Of a stretch of 64,000 nt of DNA, positions 46,038-55,270 are shown piece after piece. The translations under genes and the position numbers were made by a program. How positions within the stretch are numbered: position 1 is the stretch's first letter; the number at the start of each line of letters is the position of its first letter. The stretch covers positions 967 through 64,966 of the forward strand of contig DASZPT010000151.1 in the NCBI GenBank assembly GCA_035549935.1, in the 5' to 3' direction. The notes beneath the pieces were generated by a model. It was not told where the DNA came from. It was given only the letters and a program-made list of their open reading frames with translations, and did no database searches. Source of the DNA: Gemmatimonadales bacterium. GTDB taxonomy: Bacteria > Gemmatimonadota > Gemmatimonadetes > Gemmatimonadales > GWC2-71-9.

Positions 46038-46711
46038 TGACCCTGACCCCCGGCACCTTCGCGCTGCTCGCCGCCTGGGGCGCGCTCGCGGGGATGGACC
46101 TGGTGACCTTTCCCCAGGGGCTCTTCTCGCGGCCGCTCATCGCCTGTGCCGGCGCGGGACTCATCCTGGGCGATCCCGCTTCGGGGCTCCTCGTGGGCGT
46201 GCTGCTCGAGCTGTTCGCCCTCGACGTGCTGCCGGTCGGCGCCTCCCGCTACCCCGACTATGGTCCCGGGGCCGTCGCGTCGGTGGTGCTGGTGCACGGC
46301 GGCGCCTGGGACGAGCGGCTCGGCATGGCGGCCTTCTTCGCGCTGGTGATGGCGGTGGTCGGCGGGTGGAGCCTGATCTGGCTCCGGCAGGTGAACGGCC
46401 GGATCATTCAGCACCGGGCCGCGGGGCTCGCCTCGGGCGACGCCGGGACCATCGCCGCCATCCAGCGTCGCGGGCTCCTGGGCGACCTGGTCCGGAGCCT
46501 CGCGCTCACGGTGATCGCGCTGCTCCTCGCCCAGGCGCTGGCACCGCTCCTCCCCGGCGGCCAGCGCTTCACCTGGGTCACCGCCGCGGCGGTGGGCGCG
46601 GGCGTGGCCGCGGCGGCCGGCGGGGCGGTGCGTTCGGCGGGCCGGACCAGCCGGCTCCGCTGGCTGGTGGTCGGCACCGGGGTCGGACTCCTCGTGGCGG
46701 TGCTCACGTGA
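46037..46711 (+). CDS. PTS mannose-family EIIC component
   Basis: 224 aa polytopic protein with the LGDPASGLLVGVLLELFAL motif. Confidence 0.85.
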   Translation: MTLTPGTFALLAAWGALAGMDLVTFPQGLFSRPLIACAGAGLILGDPASGLLVGVLLELFALDVLPVGASRYPDYGPGAVASVVLVHGGAWDERLGMAAFFALVMAVVGGWSLIWLRQVNGRIIQHRAAGLASGDAGTIAAIQRRGLLGDLVRSLALTVIALLLAQALAPLLPGGQRFTWVTAAAVGAGVAAAAGGAVRSAGRTSRLRWLVVGTGVGLLVAVLT

Positions 46712-47445
46712 GGAGCGGCTTCGTGCGGGCGCTCTGGCGGCTCTGCTCGGTGCAGGGCGCCTGGAACTACGAGCGGATGACCGGGATCGGGATGGGCCAC
46801 GCGGCCGAGCCGCTGCTCGAGGACCTCAAGTCGGCGGACCCCGGGCGGCACGCCGAGGCGGCGGTACGCGCGTCGGAGTACTTCAACTCCCACCCGTATC
46901 TCGCGGGGCTGGCCCTCGGCGCCCTGGTGCGCGCCGAGTACGATCTGGTCCCGGGCGCGCAGATCAGCCGGCTCCGGGCGGCGCTCACCAGCCCGCTCGG
47001 CGCGCTGGGCGACCAGTTCTTCTGGGCCGGTGTGGTCCCCGCGGCGATGGGACTCGCGATCCTCGGCGTGGTCGGCGGCTACGGCCTGCTGGCCACCGTG
47101 CTGGTGCTGGTGCTCTACAACGCCGGGCGGCTGCTCACCGGGATCTGGGCGCTTCGCACCGGGCTCGCGAGCGGGATGAAGGTCGGCGCGGCGCTGGGCG
47201 ACTCCTGGCTGCCCCGCGCGGTGACGCCCGCCGGCCTGCTCGCGGGCCTGGTGATCGGGCTCGCGGTGCCGCTCGGCGCCGACTGGCTTCTCGATCCCCT
47301 CGGTCGCCGCGCGGCGATCGTCACCGTCCTGACCGCGCTCGCGGGGTTGGTGGCCTCGTGGCGGCTCGGCCCCCGGATCACCGCGGTCAAGTTCGGCCTG
47401 GTCGCCATCGGTCTCGCCCTCATCCTCGCGTGGGGACTGCCATGA
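46708..47445 (+). CDS. PTS mannose-family EIID component
   Basis: GTG 46708 (GTGA overlap). The LCSVQGAWNYERMTGIGMGHA pattern is typical of IID. Confidence 0.85.
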   Translation: MRSGFVRALWRLCSVQGAWNYERMTGIGMGHAAEPLLEDLKSADPGRHAEAAVRASEYFNSHPYLAGLALGALVRAEYDLVPGAQISRLRAALTSPLGALGDQFFWAGVVPAAMGLAILGVVGGYGLLATVLVLVLYNAGRLLTGIWALRTGLASGMKVGAALGDSWLPRAVTPAGLLAGLVIGLAVPLGADWLLDPLGRRAAIVTVLTALAGLVASWRLGPRITAVKFGLVAIGLALILAWGLP

Positions 47446-47708
47446 TCGAACGCGAAGCCAAGATCGTGAATCAGCTCGGCATGCACGCGCGGCCCGCGGC
47501 GGCGCTGGTGAAGCTGGCGAGCGGGTTCAAGTCCGACATCGAGGTGGTGAAGGACGGGATGGCGGTGAACGGGAAGAGCATCATGGGCGTGATGATGCTC
47601 GCCGCCGAGTGCGGCAGCAGCGTGCTGGTGCGGGCCAGCGGGCCGGACGAGGACGCGGCGATGACCGCCCTGCTCGCGCTGGTGGCGGGAGGCTTCGGGG
47701 AGTCATGA
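47442..47708 (+). CDS. ptsH: phosphocarrier protein HPr
   Basis: GMHARPA (His15 site) and NGKSIMGVMML (Ser46 site). Confidence 0.95.
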   Translation: MIEREAKIVNQLGMHARPAAALVKLASGFKSDIEVVKDGMAVNGKSIMGVMMLAAECGSSVLVRASGPDEDAAMTALLALVAGGFGES

Positions 47709-49513
47709 CGAGCGAGCGGCAGATCCGGGGCATCGGGGTCTCGCCCGGGCCGGGACTCGGCCGGGCGGTGATCGTGCGCCTGGATGTCCCGGATGTGCCC
47801 AACCGGTTCATTACCGACGCCGAGGTGGACGTCGAGGTCCGGCGGCTGCACGAAGCGGTGGGGGAAGTGACCCAGGTGCTGGAGGCGCTCCGCGACCGGG
47901 TGCGGGAACGGGCCGGCCGCGAGGAATCCCACATCTTCGACGCCCAGATCATGATGGCCCAGGACGTCGAATTCCTGGGCGGCGTGGAGCAGCTCATCCG
48001 GGAGAGCGGGATGAGCGCCGAGACCGCCTACGAGTTCAAGGCGCTCGAGATCCGCAACATCTGGGGTGGGTCCGGCAACGCGCTGCTGCGCGACCGCCTC
48101 GCCGACCTCTCCGCCATCCACAACCGGATGCTGCTCCAGCTCCTGGGGCGGACTCAGGACGAGTTCTGGGCGACGATGACCGACGAGCAGGTCGTCATCG
48201 TGGCGAAGGAACTCTCGCCCGGCCTCACGGTGCAGCTCGACCGCGACCACGTCGTCGGGCTGGTGAGCGAGGAGGGGACCCGCACCTCGCACGCCGCGAT
48301 CCTGGCCCATTCCCTCGGCATCCCGGCGGTGATGGGCGCGGTGGGAGCCCTCGAGCGGATCCGGACCGGCACGCAGCTCCTCGTCGACGGGCAGACCGGG
48401 ATCGTCATCCTGGAGCCGACCCGCGCCGAGATCGACCGGGTGCGGGCCCAGGTCTCCCGGCGCCAGAAGCTCGAGCTCGAGTTCGAGGCCGCGGTCACCC
48501 AGGCGGCGGTGACCCCCGACGGCGTCGCGATCACGCTGATGGGGAACGTCGACCTCCCCGACGAGATCATCCCGGCGGCGAAGCACGATGCCCACGGCGT
48601 CGGGCTCCTCCGCACCGAGTTCCTGGTCACCGGCCGCGCGGCGCTCCCGAGCGAGGACGAACAGACCGAGTACTTCCGCCGCGTGAGCGACGCCTTCCCC
48701 GGGCACCCGGTGATCGTCCGGTCGTTCGACCTCGGCGGCGACAAGTTCCCCGCCGCCTTCCGGGCGCCGCCGGAGGCGAACCCGTTCCTCGGCTGGCGGT
48801 CGATCCGGGTCTGTCTCGATCATCCCGAGATCTTCCGGCCCCAGATCCGCGCGGTGCTCCGGGCCGCGGCCGACCGGCAGATCCAGCTCATGCTCCCGCT
48901 GGTGACCCAGATCGAGGAGGTCACCACCACCAAGGCGATGGTGCTCGAGGAGGCGCTCAATCTCGCGCGCGAAGGGGTCCGCGCGGCAGCCTCGGTCCCG
49001 GTCGGGGTCATGATCGAGACCCCGGCCGCGGCGCTGATCGCGGACGAGCTGGCGGTGCACAGCGCCTTCTTCAGTGTCGGCACCAACGACCTGGTCCAGT
49101 ACACCCTGGCGGTGGACCGGGGGAACGCCCGGCTGGCGGAACGGTTCACTCCGTTCCACCCCGCGGTGGTGCGCCAGCTCAAGCTGGTGCTCGACGCGGG
49201 AACCCGGGCGGGGATCGCGGTGAGCGTCTGCGGCGAGATGGCGTCCGACCCGCTCGCGGTGGTGCTCCTCCTCGGTCTCGGCTACCGCACCCTCAGCGTC
49301 GCGCCGCCGGCGCTGCCGTTCCTCAAGTGGGTGGTGCGGACCATCCCGATCGAAGTGGCGGCCCGGGCCGCCTTCGCGGCCCTCGATGCGACCCAGTCGG
49401 CGGACATCACGAACACTCTCCGCACCGCCATGCAGGAGCATTTCGACCCCCGGATGCTGGACGCGCTCGCGGCGTTGCCGCGTCAGACCGGCGCCGCTAC
49501 CTTGCGCGAGTAA
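47705..49513 (+). CDS. ptsI: phosphoenolpyruvate--protein phosphotransferase (Enzyme I)
   Basis: 602 aa with GTRTSHAAILAHSLGIPAV, GTNDLVQY and SVCGEMASDP motifs. Confidence 0.96.
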   Translation: MTSERQIRGIGVSPGPGLGRAVIVRLDVPDVPNRFITDAEVDVEVRRLHEAVGEVTQVLEALRDRVRERAGREESHIFDAQIMMAQDVEFLGGVEQLIRESGMSAETAYEFKALEIRNIWGGSGNALLRDRLADLSAIHNRMLLQLLGRTQDEFWATMTDEQVVIVAKELSPGLTVQLDRDHVVGLVSEEGTRTSHAAILAHSLGIPAVMGAVGALERIRTGTQLLVDGQTGIVILEPTRAEIDRVRAQVSRRQKLELEFEAAVTQAAVTPDGVAITLMGNVDLPDEIIPAAKHDAHGVGLLRTEFLVTGRAALPSEDEQTEYFRRVSDAFPGHPVIVRSFDLGGDKFPAAFRAPPEANPFLGWRSIRVCLDHPEIFRPQIRAVLRAAADRQIQLMLPLVTQIEEVTTTKAMVLEEALNLAREGVRAAASVPVGVMIETPAAALIADELAVHSAFFSVGTNDLVQYTLAVDRGNARLAERFTPFHPAVVRQLKLVLDAGTRAGIAVSVCGEMASDPLAVVLLLGLGYRTLSVAPPALPFLKWVVRTIPIEVAARAAFAALDATQSADITNTLRTAMQEHFDPRMLDALAALPRQTGAATLRE

Positions 49514-49561
49514 TTTGGCGCGGCCCGGCGGCCGCACACCCTCTCATCTTCGACCCCCACA

Positions 49562-50755
49562 ATGGCCAAGACCCATCGCCACGTGTTCACCTCGGAGTCC
49601 GTGACCGAGGGGCATCCCGACAAGGTTGCCGACCAGATCTCCGACGCCGTCCTCGACGCCATCCTGGCCAGCGACTCGCGCGGGCGGGTGGCCTGCGAGA
49701 CCCTCGTCACGACGGGCATGGCCATCGTCGCCGGCGAGATCACCACGTCGACCTACGTGCATGTCCCGGCCCTGGTCCGCGACACGATCAAGCGGATCGG
49801 GTATGTCGACGCGAATTACGGCATCGACGGGAACACCTGCGCGGTCCTGAGCTCGATCGACAACCAGTCCCCGGACATCGCCCAGGGCGTGGATACCGGC
49901 GGCGCGGGCGACCAGGGGATGATGTTCGGCTACGCCACCGACGAGACCAGGGAGTTGATGCCCCTCCCGATCCAGCTGGCCCACCGGCTGGCGGAACGCC
50001 TGGCCGACGTGCGGCGCGGGGAGGGGGGCGCGAAGCTCGACTGGCTCCGCCCCGACGGGAAGAGCCAGGTCTCGGTCGAGTATGCCGGCGACGAGCCGGT
50101 GGGGGTCAAGACCGTCGTCGTGTCGACCCAGCACGCCGCGACCGTGAAGGGGCGCGAGCTCTCCCAGAAGACGATCCGCGAAGGCGTCATCGAGGAGGTC
50201 ATCAAGCCGGTGCTCGCGAAGGCGGGCCTCGACAGCAGCAAGACCCGGTTCCACATCAACCCCACCGGCCGGTTCGTCATCGGCGGCCCGCACGGCGATG
50301 CCGGCCTCACCGGCCGGAAGATCATCGTCGATACCTACGGCGGCATGGCCCGCCACGGCGGCGGCGCCTTCAGCGGCAAGGATCCCTCGAAGGTGGACCG
50401 CTCCGCGGCGTACGCGATGCGTTGGGTCGCCAAGAACATCGTGGCCGCGAAGCTGGCGAAGCGCTGCGAGGTGCAGGTGGCCTACGCCATCGGCGTCCGG
50501 GACCCGGTCTCGGTGATGGTGCAGACCTTCGGGACCGGCAAGGTGTCGGACATGCGCCTCGAGGACGCGGTGCGGAGGGTCTTCGACCTCACCCCCGGCG
50601 GCATCATCAAGGCGCTCGATCTCCGCAAGCCGATCTACTCGCCCACCGCGGCCTACGGCCACTTCGGCCGCAAGCCGTACAAGAAGGGCTCGCTGCAGTT
50701 CTTCCCCTGGGAGGCCACCGACCGGGTGAAGGCACTGCTCGACGCGGTGGGATGA
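49562..50755 (+). CDS. metK: S-adenosylmethionine synthase
   Basis: [25 protein letters not shown] and [16 protein letters not shown] motifs. Confidence 0.98.
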   Translation: MAKTHRHVFTSESVTEGHPDKVADQISDAVLDAILASDSRGRVACETLVTTGMAIVAGEITTSTYVHVPALVRDTIKRIGYVDANYGIDGNTCAVLSSIDNQSPDIAQGVDTGGAGDQGMMFGYATDETRELMPLPIQLAHRLAERLADVRRGEGGAKLDWLRPDGKSQVSVEYAGDEPVGVKTVVVSTQHAATVKGRELSQKTIREGVIEEVIKPVLAKAGLDSSKTRFHINPTGRFVIGGPHGDAGLTGRKIIVDTYGGMARHGGGAFSGKDPSKVDRSAAYAMRWVAKNIVAAKLAKRCEVQVAYAIGVRDPVSVMVQTFGTGKVSDMRLEDAVRRVFDLTPGGIIKALDLRKPIYSPTAAYGHFGRKPYKKGSLQFFPWEATDRVKALLDAVG

Positions 50756-51243
50756 TCGAAGTCACCGTCGCCCACCTGGGCCTCGACCGGACGACCAACT
50801 CCCCGGTCGTGATCCTGAAGGAGAAGGGCGGCACCCGGGTGCTGCCCATCTGGATCGGTCCGGCCGAGGCCAGCGCGATCGCGATGGAAATGCAGGGCAT
50901 CAAGGCGCCGCGCCCGATGACCCACGACCTCCTCAAGTCGGTGATCGTGGGGCTGGGCGCGGTGGTCCAGCGGATCGTCATCAGCGCGCTCAAGGACAAG
51001 ACCTACTTCGCCGAACTCTGGCTCGCCCGGGACGACCACATCTTCCAGGTCGACGCCCGCCCCTCCGACAGCATCGCCCTCGCGCTCCGGGTGAACGCCA
51101 CGATCTTCACCGATCCCGACCTCCTCGAGGAGGGGGCGGAGGAGGACGGCACACCCCCGTCGGACCCCTCGCTCGACGCCCAGAAGCTCAAGGCTCACCT
51201 CGAGAAGATGGACCCCGAGGACTTCGGGAAATTCCAGCCGTGA
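50752..51243 (+). CDS. bifunctional nuclease family protein (BFN/DUF151)
   Basis: [25 protein letters not shown] and RPMTHDL match the DUF151 pattern. ATGA overlap with metK. Confidence 0.85.
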   Translation: MIEVTVAHLGLDRTTNSPVVILKEKGGTRVLPIWIGPAEASAIAMEMQGIKAPRPMTHDLLKSVIVGLGAVVQRIVISALKDKTYFAELWLARDDHIFQVDARPSDSIALALRVNATIFTDPDLLEEGAEEDGTPPSDPSLDAQKLKAHLEKMDPEDFGKFQP

Positions 51244-52352
51244 ACGCCAGGGGCGTGCTCGCCGGCGCGGCGGCCGTGTGTCTCGCCGCGGCCCCGCTCC
51301 AGGCGCAGCAGCGCGCCAACGTCTCGGGACGGGTCCTGCGCATCACCGCCACCGACACCGTACCCGTGGCGGCGGCGAAGGTCGTGCTCCACCGCGTGGG
51401 CCGGGCGGTGCAGGGGCCGATCGACTCGACCACCACCGGGCCGCGGGGCGAATTTCGCTTCCGGTTCGTCCCCGACACCAGCGCCGTCTACCTGCTGAGT
51501 TCGGGGTGGGCCGGCATCGAGTACTTCTCGAGTCCCGTCCACACCGATCCCGCCGCGCCCGACACCGGGCTCATGGTGGTCGTCTCCGACACCTCGAGCA
51601 CGACCAGGATCGACGTCGTTTCGCGGCACCTGGTGGTGGGCAAGCCATCCTCCGGCGGCAGCCGCGCGGTGCTCGAGATCATCGTCCTCGGCAACCCCGG
51701 TCCGACCACGCGGGTGGCGGCCGACAGCGCCCATCCGACCTGGGTGGCGGGGCTGCCGCACGGGGCGGTCAATGTCGAGGCGGGCAACGGCGACTTCTCG
51801 AGCGAGGCGCTCACCTTCCGGAACGACAGCGTGCTGCTTTTCGCGCCGATCGCGCCGGGAGAGAAGCAGGTGATCCTCACCTACGCCCTCCCCGCGCGGA
51901 GCGGCCCGGTGACGATCGCGATGCCGGACTCGATCGCGATGTTCAACATCCTCCTCGAGGAGTTCAACCTCACCGCGAAGGGCGGCGGGCTCGCGAAGGC
52001 CGACAGCCAGCAGATCGAGGGGCGGAGCTTCCAGCAGTGGGTCGGCTCGGTGCCGGCCGGCGCGACCGTGACGATCGACTTCCCGGGCAAGGGCCTCGCG
52101 GGATGGTTCCTGCCCGCGATCGTGAGTCTGCTGGCGATTTCGCTGGCGGTGATCGCGAGCCGGGTGCTGCAGAAGCGCCCGCCCGTGGCGGCGCAGGCGT
52201 CGGCGCTCGACCGGCTGGCGCAGCTCGACGCGCGCTACGCCGGGAAGGAGGCGAGCGTGACCGCGGAGGAGTGGCAGCAATATCAGGCAGAGCGCGCTCG
52301 CCTCAAGCAGGAGGTCGGCGCCCAGCTTGCGCGGACTCGTCCAACGTCCTAA
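51240..52352 (+). CDS. hypothetical single-pass membrane protein with carboxypeptidase-regulatory-like domain
   Basis: Signal peptide. The SGRV..........V.L.........TTTGPRGEFRFRF pattern is CarboxypepD_reg-like. TM near the C-terminus and a charged tail. Confidence 0.65.
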   Translation: MNARGVLAGAAAVCLAAAPLQAQQRANVSGRVLRITATDTVPVAAAKVVLHRVGRAVQGPIDSTTTGPRGEFRFRFVPDTSAVYLLSSGWAGIEYFSSPVHTDPAAPDTGLMVVVSDTSSTTRIDVVSRHLVVGKPSSGGSRAVLEIIVLGNPGPTTRVAADSAHPTWVAGLPHGAVNVEAGNGDFSSEALTFRNDSVLLFAPIAPGEKQVILTYALPARSGPVTIAMPDSIAMFNILLEEFNLTAKGGGLAKADSQQIEGRSFQQWVGSVPAGATVTIDFPGKGLAGWFLPAIVSLLAISLAVIASRVLQKRPPVAAQASALDRLAQLDARYAGKEASVTAEEWQQYQAERARLKQEVGAQLARTRPTS

Positions 52353-52356
52353 CTTC

Positions 52357-52520
52357 GGCGCCGTCGTAGACAACTCATTGCACGCGAGTCGGGACGCTCG
52401 GAAGCCGGTGTGAAGCCGGCGCGGCCCCGCCACTGTAACGGGCAGCAACACTCTCCGCTCACGACGCCACTGGGAAACCGGGAAGGCGAGCGGAGGCCCG
52501 AAGCCAGGAGACCTCTCGGC
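52357..52520 (+). promoter_or_regulatory. cobalamin (B12) riboswitch
   Basis: Conserved blocks GGGACGCTCGGAAGCCGGTGTGAAGCCGGCGCGGCCCCGCCACTGTAACGGG, GCCACTGGGAAACCGGGAAGGCG and B12-box-like GAAGCCAGGAGACCTC. Ends 3 nt before the GTG of a BtuF-like gene. Confidence 0.9.
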
Positions 52521-52522
52521 TC

Positions 52523-53500
52523 GTGCCACCACCAACACCCTCGGGGGAGGGACGGGTGGCGTCACCAGCCTCGAAGTCCAGGCTCTTGATCGCCCATCTC
52601 CCAGGTGTCGGGGATGGGCGTTCTGTTTGCCGGGCCCTCGCGGCCGCGGCCCTCGCCCTCCTCGCCGCCTGCGGAACCAGGACCGGCACCACCGCCGGCG
52701 GGCTCGTGGTCGTCGATGACGCCGGCGACACCACGCGGCTCGCGCGTCCCGCGGTGCGGGTCGTGTCGCTCAGCCCGGCCACCACCGAGCTGATGTTCGC
52801 CATCGGCGCCGGCCCCGTGCTGGTGGGCCGCACCCGCTGGTGCGACTATCCCGCCGAGGCGAAGGCGGTGCCCGACGTCGGCGACGGCATCCCTCCCAAC
52901 ATCGAGAGCGTGCTGGCGCAGCATCCCGACCTGGTGCTGCTCTATCGCTCGCCCCAGAATGTCGACGCCGCCCGGCGGTTCCGCGAGGCCGGCGCCGCGG
53001 TGCTGCAGCTCGATTTCAACCATCTCGCCGATGTCTCCCGTCTCGCGCGCCTGGTGGCGCCACTGGTCGGTCATGCGGCGGAAGGCGACTCGCTCGCGAC
53101 CTCGCTCGACCGGCAGCTCCACCAGCTCGCGGCGACCCGGGACACCACCCACGCCGCCAACGTGCTGATCATGGCGTGGGACCAGCCGCCGATGGTGATC
53201 GGGGCGGGGAGCTTCCAGAGCGAGATCCTCACCCTGGCCGGCGGGCACAACGTCTTCGATGACGTCACCGCCCCGTCCGCCACCGTGAGCATCGAGGCGA
53301 TCGCGGCGCGGCACCCGGCGGTGATCCTGGTGAGCGACACCGGCGTTCCCGGCTTCGCGAGGCGCCCGGAGTGGCGGGTGGTCCCCGCGGTGCGCGACCG
53401 GCACTTCCTCCACTTCGCGACGCCGGCCTTCGGGCGGCCGAGCCCGCGGGCGCCGGCGCTGGTGCGGGCCCTCCGGGATTCGCTGGCGGCGGCGCGATGA
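52523..53500 (+). CDS. BtuF/FecB-type periplasmic binding lipoprotein (probable cobalamin-binding)
   Basis: Lipobox LLAAC. The VVSLSPATTELMFAIGAG pattern of PF01497. Follows the B12 riboswitch. Start is GTG 52523 or TTG 52586. Confidence 0.88.
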   Translation: MPPPTPSGEGRVASPASKSRLLIAHLPGVGDGRSVCRALAAAALALLAACGTRTGTTAGGLVVVDDAGDTTRLARPAVRVVSLSPATTELMFAIGAGPVLVGRTRWCDYPAEAKAVPDVGDGIPPNIESVLAQHPDLVLLYRSPQNVDAARRFREAGAAVLQLDFNHLADVSRLARLVAPLVGHAAEGDSLATSLDRQLHQLAATRDTTHAANVLIMAWDQPPMVIGAGSFQSEILTLAGGHNVFDDVTAPSATVSIEAIAARHPAVILVSDTGVPGFARRPEWRVVPAVRDRHFLHFATPAFGRPSPRAPALVRALRDSLAAAR

Positions 53501-54468
53501 GAAACCGCTGGCCCTGGCTCCTGGCGCTCACCCTCGTCTCGCTCGTCCTGGGCCTGGCGCTCGGCGCCACCCGGATCCCTCCCTCCGCCATCTGGCTCGG
53601 GCTCCGCGATGCGAGCGCCGACGCCGCGCCGGTCGTGCGCCAGCTCCGGTTGCCGCGGGTCCTGCTCGGCTTCCTGGTCGGCGGGGGGCTCGCCGTGAGC
53701 GGAGCCGTGCTCCAGGCGCTGGTCCGCAATCCCCTCGCCGACCCGTTCGTCCTTGGCATCTCCGGCGGCGCGACGCTGGGCGCCGTCGCGGCGATCTCCG
53801 CCGGGCTCACCAATCCGTGGGGCGTCCCGTTCGCCGCCTTTGCCGGCGCGGTGCTCACCCTGGTCCTGGTGTACCGCCTCAGTCTCGTGGCCGGCCGCCG
53901 GCTCGACTCGGGGGTGCTCCTCCTCGCCGGCGTGGTGGTGAGCTCGTTCGCGATGGCGCTGGTGACGGCGATCCTGATGCTGGTCGACGCCACCCGGGTG
54001 CAGAACTCCTTCCGCTGGATGCTGGGTGGACTCTGGGCGGGATCGTGGACCACCGTCGGGATGGTGGCCGCGTACGGCAGCGTGCCCCTCATCGTGCTCA
54101 TGGTCCGCGCGCGGGACCTCGACCTCCTGGCCCTGGGCGAGGAGCAGGCCCGCCACCTCGGCGCCGATCCCGAGCGGGTGAAGCGACTCGCCTACCTCGC
54201 CACCGGGTTCCTCACCGCGGTCGCCGTCGCCACCAGTGGAGCCATCGGTTTTGTCGGGCTCCTCGTACCGCACGCGGTCCGGCGGCTCTGGGGGCCGCTG
54301 CACCGGGCCCTCCTCCCCTCGGTGTTTCTCGCCGGCGGGGGCTTCCTGGTCCTTGCCGATGCCATCGCCCGCTCGATCGCGCCGCCGGTGGAGCTGCCGG
54401 TGGGCGTCGTGACCGCGCTCGTGGGCGTACCGTTCTTCGCGCTTCTCCTCAAGCGGAGGCTGGCGTGA
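53497..54468 (+). CDS. FecCD-family ABC permease (BtuC-like)
   Basis: 323 aa polytopic FecCD pattern (GISGGATLGAV, GAIGFVGLLVPH). Confidence 0.92.
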   Translation: MRNRWPWLLALTLVSLVLGLALGATRIPPSAIWLGLRDASADAAPVVRQLRLPRVLLGFLVGGGLAVSGAVLQALVRNPLADPFVLGISGGATLGAVAAISAGLTNPWGVPFAAFAGAVLTLVLVYRLSLVAGRRLDSGVLLLAGVVVSSFAMALVTAILMLVDATRVQNSFRWMLGGLWAGSWTTVGMVAAYGSVPLIVLMVRARDLDLLALGEEQARHLGADPERVKRLAYLATGFLTAVAVATSGAIGFVGLLVPHAVRRLWGPLHRALLPSVFLAGGGFLVLADAIARSIAPPVELPVGVVTALVGVPFFALLLKRRLA

Positions 54469-55247
54469 TCCTCCGGGGAGGTGGCCTCACGGTGCGGTAT
54501 CCCGGCGTCGCGCAGGCAGCACTGTGCGGGGTGTCGGTCGGGCTCGGCCGGGGGGAGCTGGTGGCGATCGTGGGACCCAACGGCAGCGGGAAGACCACGC
54601 TGCTCCGCGCCCTGGTGGGGAGTGCCCGGCTCGACGCGGGGCAGGTCGAGGTCGAGGGACGGCCCCTTGCCGACTGGTCCGCGCGGGCCCTGGCACAGGT
54701 CGCCGCGGTGGTCACCCAGCGGGAGGACATTCTCTTCCCGCTCACGGTCCGCGAAACCGTCGAGCTGGGCCGCTACGCGCGGCTCGGGTCGCTGGCGGAG
54801 CCGGGTGCCATCGATGCCCGCGCGGTGGACGACGCGATGGATCGCGCCGACGTCCGGGGCCTCGCCACCCGGCGCACCGATACCCTCTCCGGCGGCGAAT
54901 GGCAGCGGGTGCGGATCGCGCGGGCGCTCGCCCAGGAGCCCAGGGTGCTGCTCCTCGACGAACCGACGGCGGCGCTGGATATCCGCCACGAGATGGAAGT
55001 CTTCGAGCTGGTCCGCCGGCTCGCTGGGGAGGGGATCGGGACCCTCCTCGTGACGCACCACCTCAACCTCGCCGCGCGGTACGCCGACCGGCTGGTGCTG
55101 CTCGACCACGGGGCGGTGGTGGCGGAGGGCCCGCCGGCGCAGGTGCTGACCCCGGACGTCGTCTCCCCGGTATTCGAATGGCGTGTCGCCGTCACCAGCT
55201 GGTGCGACGGCGCGCCGCAGATCGTTCCCCTCAAGCCCGGCGAGTAG
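54465..55247 (+). CDS. ABC transporter ATP-binding protein (BtuD/FecE-like)
   Basis: Walker A GPNGSGKTT, signature LSGGEWQR, Walker B LLLDEP. Confidence 0.93.
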   Translation: MILRGGGLTVRYPGVAQAALCGVSVGLGRGELVAIVGPNGSGKTTLLRALVGSARLDAGQVEVEGRPLADWSARALAQVAAVVTQREDILFPLTVRETVELGRYARLGSLAEPGAIDARAVDDAMDRADVRGLATRRTDTLSGGEWQRVRIARALAQEPRVLLLDEPTAALDIRHEMEVFELVRRLAGEGIGTLLVTHHLNLAARYADRLVLLDHGAVVAEGPPAQVLTPDVVSPVFEWRVAVTSWCDGAPQIVPLKPGE

Positions 55248-55270
55248 CCGGGCAGTCTCGAGGCATCATC

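Noticed and set aside
49514-49561. SAM-type riboswitch upstream of metK.
   Set aside because: Only 48 nt are available, containing a 6-bp GC hairpin (GCGGCC-CGGC-GGCCGC). No SAM-I/II/V or SAM-SAH conserved blocks that I can recognise. It is more likely a ptsI-proximal stem.
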